Shown here: one piece after another, positions 60,472 to 64,000 of the stretch
Layout: each line of letters starts with the position of its first letter
How positions within the stretch are numbered: the first letter of the stretch is position 1
Origin: Croceibacterium sp.
Lineage (GTDB): Bacteria > Pseudomonadota > Alphaproteobacteria > Sphingomonadales > Sphingomonadaceae
NCBI GenBank assembly: GCA_039920345.1
Contig: JBDSDZ010000036.1
Location: 6,827-70,826, forward strand
Direction of reading: 5' to 3'
DNA length: 64,000 bases
The notes under the pieces: model-generated
Told to the model about the DNA's origin: nothing
Seen by the model: the letters and a program-made list of their open reading frames with translations, nothing else
Database searches by the model: none
Made by a program: the position numbers and the translations under genes

Positions 60472-61962
60472 TCAAAGCAATTTTGGCTGCGCGCTGGGCG
60501 GCGGAGCGAGCTTCGGGCGCGATGGACGGCGGCTGCCCGCCGGCGCCACTTCGAGCGTGCCGTCGGCGAATTCGAGCGTCAGCCTATCTTGTGCCGCCGC
60601 GACGTCGCGCTGCCGGATAAGCGGATGGCCGGGCGCGCGGACAAGCGCATAGCCGCGCGCCAGCGGGGCCTTGGGATCAAGCTGGAGCCGCAAACGCTCT
60701 AGCGTTGCCAGCCGTTCCTTGCGCTGCGCCAGCGGACGGGTCAGCAAAACGGTCAGCAAACGGGCCCCGGCAAGATCCTTGCGCGCCAATTCGAACCGCG
60801 CGCGAAGCAGCGGAGCGGAAAGCTGCGCCGCATCGCCTTGCAGCCGTTCACGGGCCTTCGCCGCCCGGTCGCCAAGGCCGCGCCGCAACCGTTCGCCCAG
60901 ATCGTCGAGTCTTTGCGCGGCTTGCGCCGCCAGCACTTCGGGCCGCGGCATCCGGGCAACTCTCGCTTGCAGCCGTTCACGCCCGAGTTCGACCGGGCGC
61001 AGCGCGCATTTGCGCTGGCGCAGGCCGAATTCGGATAGCGCCAGGGCAAGGTCGCGCAGCACCGGAACTGCCATTTCGGCCGCCGCCGTCGGGGTGGGCG
61101 CGCGCCGGTCGGCGGCGAAATCGGCCAGCGTGGTATCGGTTTCGTGGCCGACTGCGCTGATCACCGGAATCGGCGATTCGGCAATGGCGCGCACCACGAC
61201 TTCCTCGTTGAACGACCACAGGTCCTCGACCGAGCCGCCACCCCGCGCGACGATCAGCAAGTCCGGACGCGGAATTGGTCCGCCCGGCGCAATCGCGCCA
61301 AAGCCTCGCACTGCCGCCGCGACCTGTTCTTCCGCGCCGCGCCCCTGGACCAGCACTGGCCAGACCAGCACATGGGTCGGAAACCGGTCAGCCAGCCGGT
61401 GCAGGATGTCGCGGATCACCGACCCGGTGGGCGACGTCACAACGCCAATCACGCGCGGCAGGTATGGCAGCGCGCGCTTGCGCTCCGGCGCGAAGAGCCC
61501 TTCCGCCTCGAGCCGCCGGCGGGTCTTTTCGAGCAAGGCCAGCAGCGCGCCTTCGCCGGCGATCTCCATTGTCTCGATCACGATCTGGTATTTCGAGCGC
61601 CCCGGGTACGTGGTCAGCTTGCCGCTGGCGACAACTTCGATGCCGTCTTCCGGCACGAACGCCAGCCGCTGCGCGCCGCCGCGCCACATCACTCCGTCGA
61701 TCACCGCACCATCGTCCTTGAGCGCGCAGTAGAGGTGGCCCGACGCTGCCCGCTTGACGCCCGAAAGCTCACCGCGCAGGCGCACGAAGCCGAACTGATC
61801 CTCGACCGTACGCTTGAGCAGCTGCGAAATCTCGGTGATCGTTAGCGGCGCGGCGTTGTCGCCTGCCTGCCCCTTGGCTACCAGCCCGGCGGCGGGCACA
61901 TCGTCGCCATCGCCAGAATCGTCGCCAAAGTCGTCGCCAGAGTCGTGGGAAGGGCCGGGCAT
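60472..61962 (-). CDS. xseA: Exodeoxyribonuclease VII large subunit
   Basis: [35 protein letters not shown]; start uncertain. Confidence 0.96.
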   Translation of the reverse strand: MPGPSHDSGDDFGDDSGDGDDVPAAGLVAKGQAGDNAAPLTITEISQLLKRTVEDQFGFVRLRGELSGVKRAASGHLYCALKDDGAVIDGVMWRGGAQRLAFVPEDGIEVVASGKLTTYPGRSKYQIVIETMEIAGEGALLALLEKTRRRLEAEGLFAPERKRALPYLPRVIGVVTSPTGSVIRDILHRLADRFPTHVLVWPVLVQGRGAEEQVAAAVRGFGAIAPGGPIPRPDLLIVARGGGSVEDLWSFNEEVVVRAIAESPIPVISAVGHETDTTLADFAADRRAPTPTAAAEMAVPVLRDLALALSEFGLRQRKCALRPVELGRERLQARVARMPRPEVLAAQAAQRLDDLGERLRRGLGDRAAKARERLQGDAAQLSAPLLRARFELARKDLAGARLLTVLLTRPLAQRKERLATLERLRLQLDPKAPLARGYALVRAPGHPLIRQRDVAAAQDRLTLEFADGTLEVAPAGSRRPSRPKLAPPPSAQPKLL

Positions 61963-63244
61963 GAATATCCTGCTGCTGGGATCGGGTGGACGCGAACATG
62001 CGCTGGCGTGGAAGCTGGCGCAATCCCGCCTGCTCGCCAAGGGCGGCAAGCTTTACGCCGCACCGGGTAATCCGGGCGTGGCCGAGCATGCCGAGCTGGT
62101 CGATCTCGACGTGAGTGACCACGGCGCCGTGATTGCCTTTTGCGAGGCGCATACGGTCGATTTCGTGATCGTCGGCCCCGAAGCGCCGCTGGTCGACGGG
62201 CTGGCCGATTCGCTGCGCTCTGCCGGGCTATCGGTGTTCGGGCCGTCGAAAGCCGCGGCCCAGCTTGAGGGCAGCAAGGGCTTCACCAAGGACTTGTGCG
62301 AACGGGCGGGGATACCGACCGCGGGTTACGTCCGGACCACTTCGCTGGCGCAGGCCCTGGAAGCGCTCGACCGCTTTATCCCGCCCTTTGTCCTCAAGGC
62401 CGACGGCCTGGCTGCGGGCAAGGGCGTGGTTATCGCTGCCGACCGCGCCGGAGCCGAGGCGGCACTGGCCGACATGTTCGAGGCGGCAGAGTACGGCACC
62501 GAAGTCGTGATCGAAGAATTCATGGACGGCGAGGAGGCGAGCTACTTCGCGCTGACCGATGGCGCGACGATCCTTTCGTTCGGCGGGGCGCAGGACCACA
62601 AGCGCGTGGGTGAAGGCGACACCGGCCCCAACACCGGCGGCATGGGCGCCTACAGCCCGGCGCCGATCCTGACGCCGGAACTGCGCGGCGAGATCATGAA
62701 CCGGATCATCGCCCCCACCGTGCGCGCGATGGCCGACGCAGGCATGCCGTATTCGGGCGTGCTTTACGCCGGGGTCATGCTGACTTCCGCTGGCCCCAAG
62801 CTGGTCGAATACAACTGCCGCTTCGGCGATCCCGAATGCCAGGTCCTGATGATGCGGCTTGAAAGCGATCTTGGCGATTACCTGCTCGCCTGCTCTGACA
62901 GCCGGCTCTCGGCGATGGAACCGGCGAAGTTTTCGCAGGAAACCGCGCTGACGGTGGTCATGGCGGCCAAGGGCTATCCCAGGACACCAGAAAAAGGTGG
63001 TGCCATCAAGGGTATCGCAGAGGCCGAAGCCACCGGGGCCAAGGTGTTCCACGCCGGAACCGCGCTGGACAGCCACGGCAAGCTTGTCGCCAATGGCGGC
63101 CGGGTGCTCAACGTGACTGCACTGGGGCACACCGTGGCTGGAGCGCAGGCACGGGCTTACACTGCCGTTGACCAACTCGATTTCCCGAGCGGATTTTGCC
63201 GCCGCGACATCGGCTGGCGCGAAGTCGCGCGCGAACAGCGATGA
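61961..63244 (+). CDS. purD: Phosphoribosylamine-glycine ligase
   Basis: [44 protein letters not shown]. Confidence 0.98.
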   Translation: MNILLLGSGGREHALAWKLAQSRLLAKGGKLYAAPGNPGVAEHAELVDLDVSDHGAVIAFCEAHTVDFVIVGPEAPLVDGLADSLRSAGLSVFGPSKAAAQLEGSKGFTKDLCERAGIPTAGYVRTTSLAQALEALDRFIPPFVLKADGLAAGKGVVIAADRAGAEAALADMFEAAEYGTEVVIEEFMDGEEASYFALTDGATILSFGGAQDHKRVGEGDTGPNTGGMGAYSPAPILTPELRGEIMNRIIAPTVRAMADAGMPYSGVLYAGVMLTSAGPKLVEYNCRFGDPECQVLMMRLESDLGDYLLACSDSRLSAMEPAKFSQETALTVVMAAKGYPRTPEKGGAIKGIAEAEATGAKVFHAGTALDSHGKLVANGGRVLNVTALGHTVAGAQARAYTAVDQLDFPSGFCRRDIGWREVAREQR

Positions 63245-64000
63245 AACTGACCAATTTCGACGCCGACGCGTTCCTGCGCGATTACTGGCAAATGCGGCCG
63301 CTGCTGATCCGCAATCCATGGGACGCGTGGCAAAATCCGCTCGAGCCTGACGAGCTGGCGGGCCTTGCCTGCGAAGACGGGATCGAATCGCGGCTGGTCG
63401 AACGGGCTGGCGAAGCCTGGAACACCGAGCAGGGCGCGTTCCCCGAACGGCGCTTTGGCGCGCTTCGCGAAGCGAACTGGACGCTGCTGGTACAAGCGGT
63501 CGACCAGTTCATGCCTGCCGTCGCCGCGCTGATCGAGCCATTCCGCTTCGTCCCCGACTGGCGGATCGATGACGTCATGGTGAGCGTTGCCGCGACCGGC
63601 GGCGGGGTCGGGCCGCACTTCGACCAGTACGATGTGTTCCTGGTGCAGGGCCTCGGCCAACGGCGCTGGCGGCTCGGCGCGAAGGGCGATGCCGACAGCC
63701 CACTGCTGCTGCATGGTGACTTGCGCCTGTTGGCCGATTTCGAGACGCTCGAGGAGCACGTGCTGGGGCCGGGCGACATCCTCTACGTCCCGCCCGGCTT
63801 TGCCCATGACGGGATCGCCGAGAGCGACGATTGCATGACTTACTCGATCGGCTTCCGCGCGCCTTCGCGCAGCGAACTGGTGGCGCATTTCGCCGATCAT
63901 GTGCTCGAATCGCTGGAGGACGATGATCGCTACGCCGATCCCGACCTCATCCGCCCGGCCAACCCCGGTGAAATCGCGCCCGCCGCGATTGCCCGGCTCC
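63241..64000 (+). CDS. JmjC/cupin ribosomal protein hydroxylase (YcfD/RoxA-like), truncated by the window end
   Basis: Read by hand: [52 protein letters not shown]. Confidence 0.88.
   Translation, partial: MKLTNFDADAFLRDYWQMRPLLIRNPWDAWQNPLEPDELAGLACEDGIESRLVERAGEAWNTEQGAFPERRFGALREANWTLLVQAVDQFMPAVAALIEPFRFVPDWRIDDVMVSVAATGGGVGPHFDQYDVFLVQGLGQRRWRLGAKGDADSPLLLHGDLRLLADFETLEEHVLGPGDILYVPPGFAHDGIAESDDCMTYSIGFRAPSRSELVAHFADHVLESLEDDDRYADPDLIRPANPGEIAPAAIARL

Overview
GC-rich alphaproteobacterial chromosome segment. Gene content and repeats resemble Sphingomonadales/Erythrobacteraceae (inferred, not confirmed). 1-16 kb is an uncharacterised catabolic island: two FAD monooxygenases, SDR, two SnoaL/NTF2 proteins, two serine hydrolases, a CMD protein, a CmcJ/NvfI-like oxidoreductase, two MFS transporters and a TonB receptor. 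16-30 kb and 39-64 kb are mostly housekeeping (ihfB, POT transporter, amidohydrolases, dxs, Fur/Zur, msrA, purH, rpe, tRNA-Arg, mmcB with LexA box, crtG-like, LytS/LytTR, nadC, tadA, rpmB, xseA, purD). The highlight is 30.3-39.3 kb, a complete lasso-peptide (RiPP) cluster. Its precursor (34726-35103, minus) has a canonical lasso leader, an 18-aa Asn1/Asp9 core and, unusually, a fused C-terminal Peptidase_S74-like intramolecular-chaperone/autocleavage domain (SDxxxK). It is accompanied by four tailoring enzymes: a PRMT-fold methyltransferase, an HPr-kinase-like kinase, a nucleotidyltransferase and a 2OG-Fe(II) oxygenase. All family calls come from motif reading by eye; no searches were run.
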